A stretch of DNA of 64,000 nt, taken from Octopus bimaculoides. Taxonomy: Eukaryota. Position 1 is the stretch's first letter. Each line of letters opens with the position of its first letter. The translations under genes and the position numbers were made by a program. The stretch covers positions 19,361,296-19,425,295 of the forward strand of contig NC_068998.1 of NCBI RefSeq assembly GCF_001194135.2, in the 5' to 3' direction. Below, piece by piece: positions 11,767-24,700 of this stretch. A model generated the notes under the pieces. It was not told the origin of the DNA. It searched no databases and saw only the letters and a program-made list of their open reading frames with translations.

Positions 11767-14487
11767 ACAAAATATCATGAAATACAACGCCTGCAAAATG
11801 TCATGAAATATATTTCTTGTTCAGTTTTCTACAATTTACATCAATTATATTTCTCTTATCATTTTCTTGTTTCAATCATTGGACAGTATCCATACTGGGG
11901 TACCTCCTTGAATGGTTTTAACCAAACAGATTGAGCTCAACACATATTTTTTAAGTCGGGTACTAATTTTATTGGTCTTTATTGCTGAACTGCTAAATAA
12001 ACCAACACAAGTTGTTGAGCAGTGGCTGGGTGGGGGACAAACAATCACAAACACATGACAGGCTTCCACACAGGTTTTACCTACCAAATTCATGCACAAG
12101 GTATTGGTTGGTCGGGGTTTATAGTAAACACTTGCTCAAAGTGCTGCACAGTGGGACTGAACCTGAAACCATATGGTTGCAAAATGGGCTTCTTAACCAC
12201 ACAAGCACACTTGCTTTTCTTTTTGACTAGGCACAAGATTGTCTATTTATAGGTTGTAATGAGGAATTAGATATTGTAATGTTCATGTTTTCCGAAAGGT
12301 AATGATAATGGAGAATACCATGAGATAGTTGCAACTGGAAATAATAACCAGGACTCCGACTTCGATCAATGGGAACTTATCTTCAGGATCTATCATTTTG
12401 TGCTCGACCAACTTGATTTCATTTGACTAGGTACCAATGTTATTAGGTTTATAAGGGTAGGGAAATGTGATGTGTCAATTCAAGAGTTATGTGCTCCTCC
12501 AAATGTATTTTTTCTTTTGTTCAGTAGAGGTGGAAGTAAGAAACCAAACTAAAAATGCAAGCAGTAGCTTTGGATATAAACATTAATTTTCTAAAAAATG
12601 TTTATACAAAAAAAAAAAAGTTTATACACACACGAAAGGAAAAAAATATTGGCGGGATTTCGGATCAGTGCGTTGTGCAAAAAAAAATTGGGCCAAAATC
12701 GGTCCGGATGGTGGTGGTGAAATGAAAAAAGAGTTATAGATAAAAAAAAAAAAAAAATTGTCATAAAAAGGTGCTCTCCCCACTCGTTTCCAAAGCCTTG
12801 GTGAAAAAGAAATTGTAAAAAACCAACTTATGTGGGCATCCTGATACGAAACCCTGCCCAAAAGTTTTTAAAATTATATAACCTGATTATAAAATAATCA
12901 TATTTTGGAGTTTTTAAAGCAATATCTCTTCAAATTAGTTTCAGTAAGCCGCTGACGTGACTGTAGTTAAACTCTCTTTGCAATCTCATTGTTTCGGGTT
13001 CAGCCTCACAGCACGACCTCTTAGACGTGTGGACAGACCAATTGTCTTGTGAGCGAATTTAGTTAGATGTGAATATCCGTGAGTGTGTATTTTTTACTTT
13101 TCGATTATTAGATTGCAATCATACTGGGGTAACGCCTTGAAGGGTTTAAGTCGAATGAATCGATTCCAGTACTTTTAAAAAACCCTTTTAAAGCCTAATT
13201 CTATCGGTCTCTCTTGCCGAACAGCTACTTATGGGCATGTAAAGAAACACACTGGTTGGCGAGCGGTGATGGCGGACAAACACAAACACACACAGATATA
13301 CAGACACATGCACGATGAACTTCGTTCAGTTTCCGATCCACTCACAAAGCTTTGCTCAGACCAGCACTTTAGGAGAAGACACTTGCCCAAAATGCCACGC
13401 AATGGGACTGAACCTAAGATCATATAGTTTGGAAGTAAACTTCTTGCCACATAACTACGCCTATATGTGTGAGTGTGTGTTCCCGATCTTTGCATTTTGG
13501 GAAAAAGAGGCCGAGAAAATAAGTACCAAACTTCAAAAATTAAGTACTGTGGTCGATTTGTTCAATTAAAAGCCATTGAAAACAGTGCCCAGCCTAACCG
13601 CAGTCCAATGATTGAGACGAGTAAAATAAGGGAAGACTAATCAAATACTCATCAGACATAGTCAGTTGTAAATATAAAGCTTGGGCTCTTTTCTACTGGC
13701 AGTTCACAAGAAAATATCTGGTCGACAAGTTCCATTCTTTAGCTGCAGTAAAAATCAGAGAGAATCGAAAAAAGAAAAAAAACTCAGTGAAATGTGTTAT
13801 GTTGGATAAAGTTGTTTCAGAGTTATGTCCCTTAGATTGGCCTGCGATATGAAATTTACATCTTGTGTCAGCTAAATGTGGAAACGATCTTCCATGCATT
13901 TGTGTGTTTGTGAGTGAAGAGAGAGAGAGAGAGGGGGGGAGGGAGTGGAGGATATATAGACAGTTTGTAGAGGTGTATGTGTGCATTGTGAGAGAAAAAA
14001 TTACTATGCTAAAGAGAAAGAGGAAAGTAGGGAGACAAAGAAAGGAAGGAAGGTATAAGGAAAGTGGGGAAAGGTATATGAGCTATGAGGAGATCATTAA
14101 GGAGAAAAGGATGGGAGGCAGAACAAGAATATCTTTTCTACTCTAGGCACAAGGCCCGAAATTTTTGGGGAGGGGGCCAGTCGATTAGATCAATCCAAGA
14201 GTGAAGCAGATTCTTCGAGTTCAAATATCATCATTCTTGTGTTGATAAGACAAAACGCCAGTCAAATACTGCAGTTGAGATAATCAACAGTTCCTTCACA
14301 AAAAATTTCTCCCCTTGTGCCTGTGTAAGAATTATTACTTTGAATGTGTAACTGTTAACATAAATGATTAAAACAGACTAAACAGCATTGCTCTTGCTTA
14401 TTGGTGAGACTGAGGAAATCAGTTTTATTATCAAGTAATCAGTCCAAACTTTAGAACTAGTCAAACTTACACCAATAATCTGTTGTG

Positions 14488-14523
<36 letters not shown>

Positions 14524-14540
14524 TTCCCCACATGTATATA

Positions 14541-14735
14541 TCATCATCATCATCATCATCTAACGTCCGTTTCTCATGCTGGCATGGGTTGGACAGTCTA
14601 GAGCTGATACGTCAGGGGCTGCACCAAGCTCCATATTGTCTGTTCTGGCATGGTTTCTATGGCTGGATGCCCTTCCTAACACCAACCACTTTGTATAGTA
14701 TGCTGGATGCTTTTTATGTAGCACCAACACCGGTA
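14541..14735 (-). mobile_element. RTE-related 3' end
   Basis: (cat)n-ctaacgtccg...ggctggatgcccttcctaacaccaaccact. Confidence 0.78.
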
Positions 14736-15199
14736 TCAATTCTGCTATGGTAGACAGGTCTTCTTGACGGCAGCAAGGACAGATATCTAGGTCCGTAGTC
14801 ATCTCCTCCGTAAGTCTCAGGGTCTTGAGGTCATACTTGTGTGTGTGCCTGTGTGTGTTAGTGTTTCCTTATCTTGACATTACATGATAGTTGAAAATAT
14901 GTGTCACTGTCATACAAGTGGGTTCCTTTGTTTCCAATACTCTGTGAAAACCTGTCTGGGTCTGGCTATGGAGAAATATTATCTGACATGGAAACAGGTG
15001 AGAATTGGTGACAGGAAGGACATCCAACTGTAGAAAATATACATCAATAATTATTTTGGTTATCATTTTAGTCATTTGCTTGAAACTTAGCAGAGATATT
15101 GCTCATTATGCAAGGTTTCTTTCTTACAGTAAAAGAATATGAAATCAAGTGTTGATTATATGCTTCTTTAAAAGCAATGAGTCATGCCTTTGTGTATAT

Positions 15200-15291
15200 G
15201 AACAAAGAAAAAAAAAATGACACAAAAACCAACATTTTTGGCTATAAACAATGATCTTTATTGTTTATGAAACAACATAAAATACTTTACA
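15200..15291 (-). terminator. Candidate VPS13 polyadenylation site
   Basis: Minus strand: TGTA (15291-15288), AATAAA (15262-15257), then a GT/T-rich tract (tgttggtttttgtgtcattttt). Other AATAAA copies exist, e.g. near 18335 and 16860. Confidence 0.55.
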
Positions 15292-18224
15292 AAAGTCAGT
15301 AGCTTTGACTTCTTCACTGGCAAAATTTCTTTTTTCATAGAAATATGACAATTTTTCCCGCCAAAATTTTGAAAGGTTTACAAATTGATACAGTTATTAC
15401 TATGAAATGAACTAATAAAAAAAAGAGACAAACAGAAGAAAAAAAAAATCAGAAACAAAACCCTAAAATTTCAACAGTTCCATGTCCATAGATTCCATAT
15501 AATGAACCATTTTATATTGCATCTATAAATAAGGAAGCAGTCAAAAATAAAGTCTAGCTTGCTCCTTTGTTGAATTATTTCTTGTAATAAAGACTCTACA
15601 GTAGTTACTACAAGAGATATTCAAACTTTAGTTTCTTTGAAAAGTGCCAGTATTTTTGAACATTTTCATAACAGAGTTACTTTATTAGTCTGGGTCCTAT
15701 CTGATTGACTTGTTTTATTTTTGTAGTCAGTATAAGAAAGTGTGCTAATGGAGATTAATGGTTGGAATTAATGTTTCTAGACATGTTTCAGCAGTTTCTA
15801 GATAAGATCCATACCACAGGATTCCATTAACAAGGAGCAAAAGGAAAACAATTTTTGCTACAGCATTAAAAAGAAAGGGGTTGATTTAATTTGAGAAGAT
15901 AGTAAATAATAAAACGCTGTCATTTAGTTATACTTAAAACAGAATAACAAATTGCCCTGAATTTTACTTTTTTCTTTGGTGTGAAAAAGTGAAAAACCAA
16001 GTAAAAATTACTGATATGAAGAAAATTCTCTTTTGATTTAATCAAGAAACTTAGATATTATGACTGAGTGTTGAATTTAATATGTAATCTCTAAATTTAA
16101 TGTTATATAAATTGAACTATATCTGAATATTCTTGGTTGTGAAGAGAGCAGCCACTCTTAAACTTATTTCTAATAGAATATTATGTCTTTAACTCCATTT
16201 GTTATAAAGACAGGATTTTCTTATTCATATCAAGTGATGAGGACCAACTTAATACCATTTATAATTTTTGTATTGACTAAAACAGCTTAACTGTAAGATA
16301 TGAAAAAGTTCCAAAATTAGTTTGTTTTTCTATAATCCAGCTCATAACATTAGCTTCACAGATTGTCAGCAAAGTTAACTTAAAATTGTAATGTTAAACA
16401 GGTAAGAAGACGAAAGATAAATTAATATATCCCTACTTCAATTTCTGTCTTTTACCAACAAACTAACTTCTTACAAAAGAAACAAAAATGCATGAAAAAT
16501 TTATCAGTTACTGATAGAAACTTCCCTATATATATTTTCAATGTTTGAATGAAATGTTTGAAGTAGGCAAAAGGAAATCAAATTAAGCAGAAGTTGGGCG
16601 GAATAAATCATTTTAAACAATTGTTACTGTCAATCTATTCACTAGAGTGGAGATCATAAACAAGATATGTAATTTATTTCATCTTTCCATGAAACCGAGT
16701 ACAAGTTTCAATCTTTAAAAGTTGGAATTATAAAGCAGCCACTAGTTTAATAGGTAACATAGAACACAGAGATAAGAACCAATTTCCAGTGAAATGATTG
16801 TTTGGTACATGGTGGGATTGTAATATGAAGCCATCAAAAATAAAACAAAATAACTGGGTTTATTCAGCCAGTACAACAGCCAGGTGAGATGTAGAGCAGG
16901 GAGACAGTCATGGAATTAAAACAACACATACACATAGGATACATATACACAGACACACAGGACACATTTCCAAACAAACATAATAACTTCACAGTTGAAA
17001 GATTAGTAATAAACAGAAAGAATGCAATATATTTTGAGGGATTATTAGGAGCCATGAAAGTAAAACATTGGCAAATTTGAACCAAAGCTGGTTACAGATT
17101 GTGAAATTACGATAAATACTCTGTGGAAAGTGTGTGTGTGTGAATGATAGTGACAGGAATATACACCTCATAATATCTAACGTGCTGTCATTAAAATATT
17201 TCTTGAGGATTAGTTTGTGTTATTAAGAAAATATGAAAGCAATAAATTTGTATAGTTTATTACTATTTCTTTCATTCTTTTAATTACAGTGGTTGCTAAG
17301 AATAGCTGAACCTATATGCAAATGTTTTGTCTAGTGATGAATGGGAGAGCAATAAGAAAGAAGCTTTAAATAAATCAAGATATTACAAGCTTTTCCTAGT
17401 TCGTTGATGTAACTAAAAACTATATACATGGCATGGCAGTGACTAAGGAAAGTAGTTGGAAATGACTTTTAAGAGTTATAACATACATTTTGTTTCACAG
17501 AATAGTTATACTCCTGTATAGTAACAGGCAACAACAATAATAAACTAAAAGTTTATAACATAGCAATAGCAGCTGTACATTAAATAGTATCACATTCCCC
17601 AGCTATCTCACCAAAATAAAATGGTACTGTGTTGATGAATTATACCCTATAAGTATTGCAAAGTGTTTAGCAGAAACTATAGAACAGTAACTAAACATAT
17701 AGAAGCTGGTGACATTGGCTGAATATGTAGAGGTTTACATTTGGCATAAACTAATAGTTCCATCGTTTATGTCTTTCAGCACAACACACGCAGCTAGGCA
17801 CTTTCTCTTTTTTTCTTGTTTTTTTTCTTCTTCTTTTTCTTTTGAAAGCTAAAAAAAAGGCACTGAATTAAGTTGAAAATAAAATATATGTGCTTGCTTG
17901 CATGTGTTCATATATATATCTCTTAGGCTGTAGTGCAGCATTTTGCTGGGTGTATCTAGAATTGTACTTTGCATCTCGGTGATTGGTTTGCGCATTGATA
18001 TAATGAAGACAAAGCATTGTGTAGTAGATAATTTGAAAGCTGAATCTTTTCTATTTTCTTTTGAGTAAACAATTAAAAAGAAGTGTTTTACATATCTACT
18101 AAGTATGTATGTTATACATAGTATCTCCCCAACATAGCTGCACTATATATATGTATGATAGACTGACTATATATTCTACTGAAGCATATATGGAACATTT
18201 CAAATATATTTGTTACTATTATAA

Positions 18225-18261
<37 letters not shown>

Positions 18262-18750
18262 GTAAGTATTTTATTTAAAAATTAAAGCAATTAAATTGAA
18301 TGGCTGATTTTATTTTTTGCTATTTTAAAAAAATTTATTTAATAGTGAAATAACTATTTACACAAATCACAATATTTACTTGTAAAATAAACAACTATCT
18401 TTTCCAAAACTGAAAAAGAAGATAGATAAACAGATTTCTCTTCCTTTTCATCAGCAAAGATATTGACAAGTGACACACAGACATGTAGATTTATTTGAGC
18501 AAGAGCAATCTCAGTTAATTTTGCATGAGCATTAAGTAGCAGCAATTTCTGGAACATTTCCTTTCAGTTTCATGAGCATGAGGAGAGCAAAGATCTGTAT
18601 ATTTTTTTCTTTAACAAAAGGCAAGCAACAGGAAAGACCTGTTGGAAGAAACAGCAGCAGAGGCAGCAATTAGAGACTTCATTTCAAAATCTCTTTAGGG
18701 ATAGACTTATATATGACTAACTTTTCGACTGTGTATCCATGGTAAGTACT

Positions 18751-18792
18751 TTAAGCACGGGCCATGGCTTCAGTGATCTTGGTGAGAATCCA
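18751..18792 (-). CDS. VPS13C: VPS13 last coding exon (42 nt): [13 protein letters not shown]
   Basis: ttaattgcag|TGG acceptor with pyrimidine tract, in-frame TAA at 18753-18751; fits the expected terminal PH helix. Confidence 0.85.
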   Translation of the reverse strand, partial: WILTKITEAMARA

Positions 18793-21700
18793 CTGCAATT
18801 AAAAGGAGATAATGAAAGTCACATATGTTAGGCTACAACAACTGGTCAGCATAAAAGAAGAAATAAAAAGGATTAAAACGATTGGTCAATAAAGGCAATT
18901 TTCTTATAAATATTAAAGTAAAAAAATTGATAATTTATTTAGTCAGTTTACTTCTGATTTCTCACAAGCTCACTCACACACACATGGCAACTGCACATTT
19001 TAATCTTGCTTAAAACATGCAAGCAATTGCTATCTCTCTTGCTTATGTATGTTTTACACATGATACGAAAGACATGAAAGCATATCACATTCTTGAAAAT
19101 GACAATGTATTCGCCATATCCTGAAAGTGGATCACAAATAGTAAAAAAAAAAAAAAACCATTCATTTCTTTATTAACTTGTTTGCATGCTTTAGAAGTAA
19201 ATGGATACGATTTTAAACTGCATCTGGTAGTGGGGCCCCTGGCTCAAGAATTCCAGAGTTTTGAGAAGTATGGGACCACCTCTTAGCCACTATTGTTTCC
19301 AGGTCTACTCTGACCCAGAGTAGTAGAACCTGTCAGGATTCCAGCTATGGGTTAAATAGCACGTAACTACCCAAGTCAGGGTTTATTGAAATGATGGGAT
19401 GCAGCATGATGGATGTGAACTATTTTGGCAAATGAATCTTAAGGAATCAATGGCGAATATCACTAAATGCTGAGCAGATGAACAGATAACAAACCATGAA
19501 TGGTTAGGATCAACCAGTTCAGTTAGTGAACTACTATCATCTACAGTTGTGGCATGTGCAGATGAGATATTTTAGCAAGTGAAAGACCAGTATGACTAAA
19601 ACCCAAACCAGATGTTCATGCCACATTGCTTGATCAGGACGTTTGCATAGAGGAGTTGCATTGGTCTAGGCAAGTTGCCTGACCAGATGACACTAAAGAC
19701 ATGAAAACATAACATATTTTTGAAATGATGATTTATTTGGACCTCAAACATTATCTATATGCAAGACAAGTTGTTAAGTTTAGCAATGGAAGAGATGAAT
19801 GCAGTTTGTCTCAGTACAAGTTGTATGAAACTCTGGTGTAGATTAAAATTTCTAGTTACCACACAGATAAATTTATTAATTGTAAACACTTCCATTACAA
19901 GTGTATATTGATAACTCCAGTTGTAAGATGTAAGCAAATAATCTGTGTATGTGTGAGTGTGTATGGATATTTATATATTACACACAAGCACACCCATCTA
20001 TATACACGTGCATGCATATATATACACACTCACTTCAAAAGTTACTGATTAGCAGAGTCATTAGAACATTGGATATCATGTGTTGTAATATTCTGGCTCT
20101 CTGAGTTCAAATCTAACTGAAATCAACTTTGCCTTTCATCTTTTCAGGGTTGATAAAGTACCAGCAGAGTATGATGCAACCCTCTCTCCCTTTATCTATC
20201 ACATTCTTGATGTTCCATTGGGTAAAGTGTAGCAGGGCCAAGATAGTATCTGAGCCTGCTTATGGCGACATAGGTATACTGTGCCATTCCTGTTTGTGAG
20301 AGAAGGCTGTTTCTAATTCTTCTAAATTTCATAGATCATAAACATCAATATATTTAATAACAAAACAAAACATTAGGGTGGGTTACAGCTGAATAAAAAT
20401 ATTCACCACTTCAAGAGCCAGTTATAAACAAGAAATCTTTTTAATATGAACTCACAAAACTCTTCTTCCTCATGTAATTTCCATAGCCCTCATATTTACC
20501 ATTTCAAATCTCTTAAAAAAAAATGACACTCAAAAGCTATGTATACATTCAGACACTTAGATGCCTCCCTACTTCACTGTATGAATATATCTGGAGTTTA
20601 AAAGATAGCAGCATTAACAATTATAAAATTAATGGGTCCATTATAAACATGTGTGACCCCAAAATTAATGGGATCACTACGAACTTGTGACTAGATGATA
20701 GCAACAGTGAAAGACACATTAAGATATTGTATTTTTAGATGTACTGGGACAGAATGGAGCGTCTTTGATAAGCCTTCTAGTCCAAGGCTGATCAGGGTCT
20801 GAACATCAAAAACATCATATTGCCTATTATTATACTATTTCATCTTTATGGAAAGTGATGCTCTGGCATGGTTGCAATATATGTATACATTAAAATAGAA
20901 TAGTTAGGGTGAATCATTATGTAATATTACTTCTAATAAGCAAATAACAAAAGTGAAAAAGTGAAAATAGGACAACAGTTTTACCTTATATTTTGGGATT
21001 ATGACCTCTTCCTCAGGACACATGGAGAAATGAATGATGGAATAGATCATTGCCCAAATATGTAGGAGAGGAAGATGGTGACAAGTAGATTGGTGTTGTT
21101 ATAACAACCAATCTGCTTCATGTAGCTCTTTTCTGTTTTTAAACCTGGTCTCAGCTTTTTAATAAGGATGGCCTTGATGTTTCTAAAATTGTCTGTGAAC
21201 ATCCCTGATAGATACTGTGAAATCCTAGGTCTGGCACTTCTGTAGGGGTTTGTGGTTTGAAGTGTTTTTGTGCATATGTTCTTGATGCAAATGTGCAGTT
21301 TTCTGGTGGTGCTCCCAATGTAGGATGCATCACATTTGCTGCAGGCAACCTCATATACCAAGCACATTTTGAAGTTGTTGATGGGGCAATTAGATAGGGC
21401 ACACCCCATAATGCTGACAAAGCTACCAACACAAAGTGGTTCCACAAGTTCTTAATAAACAATGGCCATCCTTCATCTTTTACCAAATGACTGCATTTGA
21501 ACAATGCTGAAGTCAGTAAATTTCATAACAAGGTCTGTACTTCCAAATCTGATATGAGCTTCCTAAAATTATCCTATTTTAGTGACAAAACCATTGTTGC
21601 TAAGCATCATGTGATCCACAAGTAGGGACTTAACACTATAGATGGTGTACACTGGAGGAAATTTTTGTCTAGAACTCATACTACTAACAACACACACACA

Positions 21701-24700
21701 CACACTTACCTCTTTCACTTTTTGATCTTGTATCATCACAACCTTTTTCGGCAGATTGCTGCCAAAGAATTTCTTTTTCTCCTTCTCCTGCAAATAAAGT
21801 TAACATTCTCTAGATAAAATAATTATGGCAGATAAAGCATAAATATTCGATTAATTGATTTATGCTCTATTTAACGATCAACTTTAATCTATTATATTGA
21901 AAATGAATTCATACAAACAAGTTGGTAAGTCAATATATCATTATCGTCATCACCATCATTTTAACATTTACTTTTCCATGCAGGCATGGGTCAAATGAAG
22001 TTTATTGAGGCAGAATTTCCATAGCCAAATGCCTTTCCAGTTGCCAGTCCAGGTAATATTTCTGTGTGTTTTCATGGAAGATTGGAAATGAAGAACACTG
22101 CTTATGTAATGGTATTTTTCAGTTTTAATCTTCCATAAGAACACACACACACACATATATATTCATACACAGTAAGCTTCTTTCAGTTTTCCATCTACCA
22201 AATCCATTCACAAGGCTTTGGTCGGCCTAGGGCTATAGTAGAAAACACTTGCCCAATGTGCCACATGGTGACATCAAACCCAGAACCATGTGGTTGGGAA
22301 ACAAACTTGTTCAAACTGAGTTCAAATTCTGCTGAGGTTGGCTTTGCTTTTTATACTTTCATGGTTGATAAAATAAGTACGATTTGAACAGTGGGGTTGA
22401 TGTTATTAACTTACCCTCTCTCCCCAAATCACTGGCCTTGTGCCAAAAATTTGAAACCAAAATTTTATTGATAAGTGTAGAGGAGAGAAAAGAAATAAAA
22501 ATACAGAAATGTACTTACTTTCAGGATGATCTCTATTCCTTTTGTATGAGATTTTGGAGTCTCTCTAAGTTCACTATAAAGGTGTGTCCACTCACAGTCC
22601 CAGTGGCCAAAGATTTCACCACGGTTAGCAAATATGAGACGTCTGAAATAAATAATGATTGAGTTGTTGTAGAAAATATTAATTAAAAAACAAAGACAAA
22701 ATACAACTGAAAATTATTTTTATCAATCATAAATAAATGGTCCATTTTTGTGATAAGTCAAAACATGCTGACACAATAGAATGTAGTACTGACTTGTAAA
22801 AACATTTAGTACACTTCAAAGTATATTGTGTTTGCATAACGAAGTACCATGTACCTACAAATCTTTGATGTTTACAAACCAGTTCCAGGAATGTGTCTAA
22901 TATGTAAATTGGTATATCTAACAACACCACTATATAAGCAATGTGTTCAGAGGTAAGAGTGGGTTAGACGAGTGCTGATGAAGGGGCAACAATCCCTGAA
23001 ATATGGTATATACACTAATTACCCACTTTTGTTTCTGATCTCATTGCTTGTTTATATCTGACATCTCGATATGAAATATAGCAAAAATCAGTGCTGGCTA
23101 TAGTTTCTATAGAATATCTGTTGAAACAACTTTAACAAAAAAAAAAATAGTTTAACTCTATCACCACTGAGTGCAGGGAGAAAACTAGTGTCTGGATCTG
23201 AGCTCCATACCCAGAATACACACACCTCTCAGAAAATGGTGATATTTGGAATTGGCAGTCTGTGAATTCAATACCAAAGAACCATAGCTCTTCCTTTTTA
23301 TCACAGTATGCTTGAAACCTTGTCTTCAACAGAATCTTCTAAAAGTTGAAATAGCACATCAGGTACAAATAACCCATGATTTTGTAATTTATTTTTTTTC
23401 TGGAAATATTTGAGTGCAGTGAGCTTCAACATCGTCTGCTTTCTATACTGGCATGGATTGGACGGTTTGACTGAGAACTGGTAAGCCGGGAGGCTGCACC
23501 AGGCTCCAATCTAATTTCGCAAGGTTTCTACAGCTGGATGCCCTTCCTAACGTCAACCACTCCAAGAGTGTAGTGGATGCTTTTACATGCCACTGGTACA
23601 GGAGCCAGTCAGGTGGCACTGGCATCAGTCACACTTGAATGGTGCTTATTATGTGTCACTGTCATGGGTGCCAGTCAAGCGGCATTGGCATTGGCCAGGC
23701 TCGAATGGTGTTTTTTACGTGCTACTGGCATAGGTGCCAGTCAGGTGACACTGGCATCGGTTACGCTTGAATGGTGCTTTTTATATACCACCAGCACAGG
23801 TGCCAGTCAGGCAGCACTATCATCAGCCATGACTACAATTTCACTCGGTTTAACAGGTCTACACAAGCATGGCAAATTGCCCAACAACTGAAGGGTGCTT
23901 TTTTAAATGGGCCAGTTATGCAACAATGGCATTGGCCACGACTACAATTTCATTTGACTTGCTGGGTCTTCTCAGGCACAACATATCTCCAATGGTCTCA
24001 GTTGCTTGTCATTGCCTCTGTAAGGTCCAACATTTGAAGGTCATGCTTCAGCACCTATGTCTTCCTGGGTCTACCTCTTCCACGGGTTCCCTCCACTGTT
24101 AGGTTACACTTCTTCACACAGCAATCCTCATCCATACGCATCATATAACCATACCAGTGCAGTTGTCTCTCTTGCACGCCACATCTGATGCTTCTTATGT
24201 CCAACTTTTCTCTCAGGGCACTTACACTCTGTTGTGTATGCACACTGACATTACACATCCAGCAGAACATACTATCTTCATTTCTTTCAATGGTCACAAA
24301 ATTATAAAACAAGAAAAATATTCAAAACAACACCTAAAATAGCACTGTCTATGAGCAAACATTTGTAAACAGCTTCATTTAGCATTGACGACTTATCTTT
24401 ATTCTGATTGACCAAATTTTAACAAGGGGTTTGCCAATTCCTAACTATATTGGGAATTCAGCAGAGGTCAAGTCTGAAATTTTTGGTCAATCATGAATAT
24501 GATACAAACAATGGGTAGTAAAATGGGGAATTGTGTAGTTTATGTTTGTCTAAAGGGTATCTATAGTTTAAGTGGACTAGCTTGAAAAGTGAATCAAAAT
24601 AGACTGCGGATCTCAGGGAACTTATTTTTGTTCACTGCAGATTGTAAATTGTTTAAACTAACTTCTAATCGGTGAAATATACTAAATATTAATCCCCCCT

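Noticed and set aside
12340-12420. CTGAAGA...GAAG motif on the minus strand resembling a Penelope pLTR hammerhead
   Set aside because: GAAA is not intact and stems I-III cannot be formed convincingly
18354-18570. ORF MFQKLLLLNAHAKLTEIALAQ... as an alternative VPS13 terminal exon
   Set aside because: It lies downstream of the in-frame stop at 18751-18753, has a weak acceptor and shows no VPS13 similarity I can recognise; treated as 3'UTR
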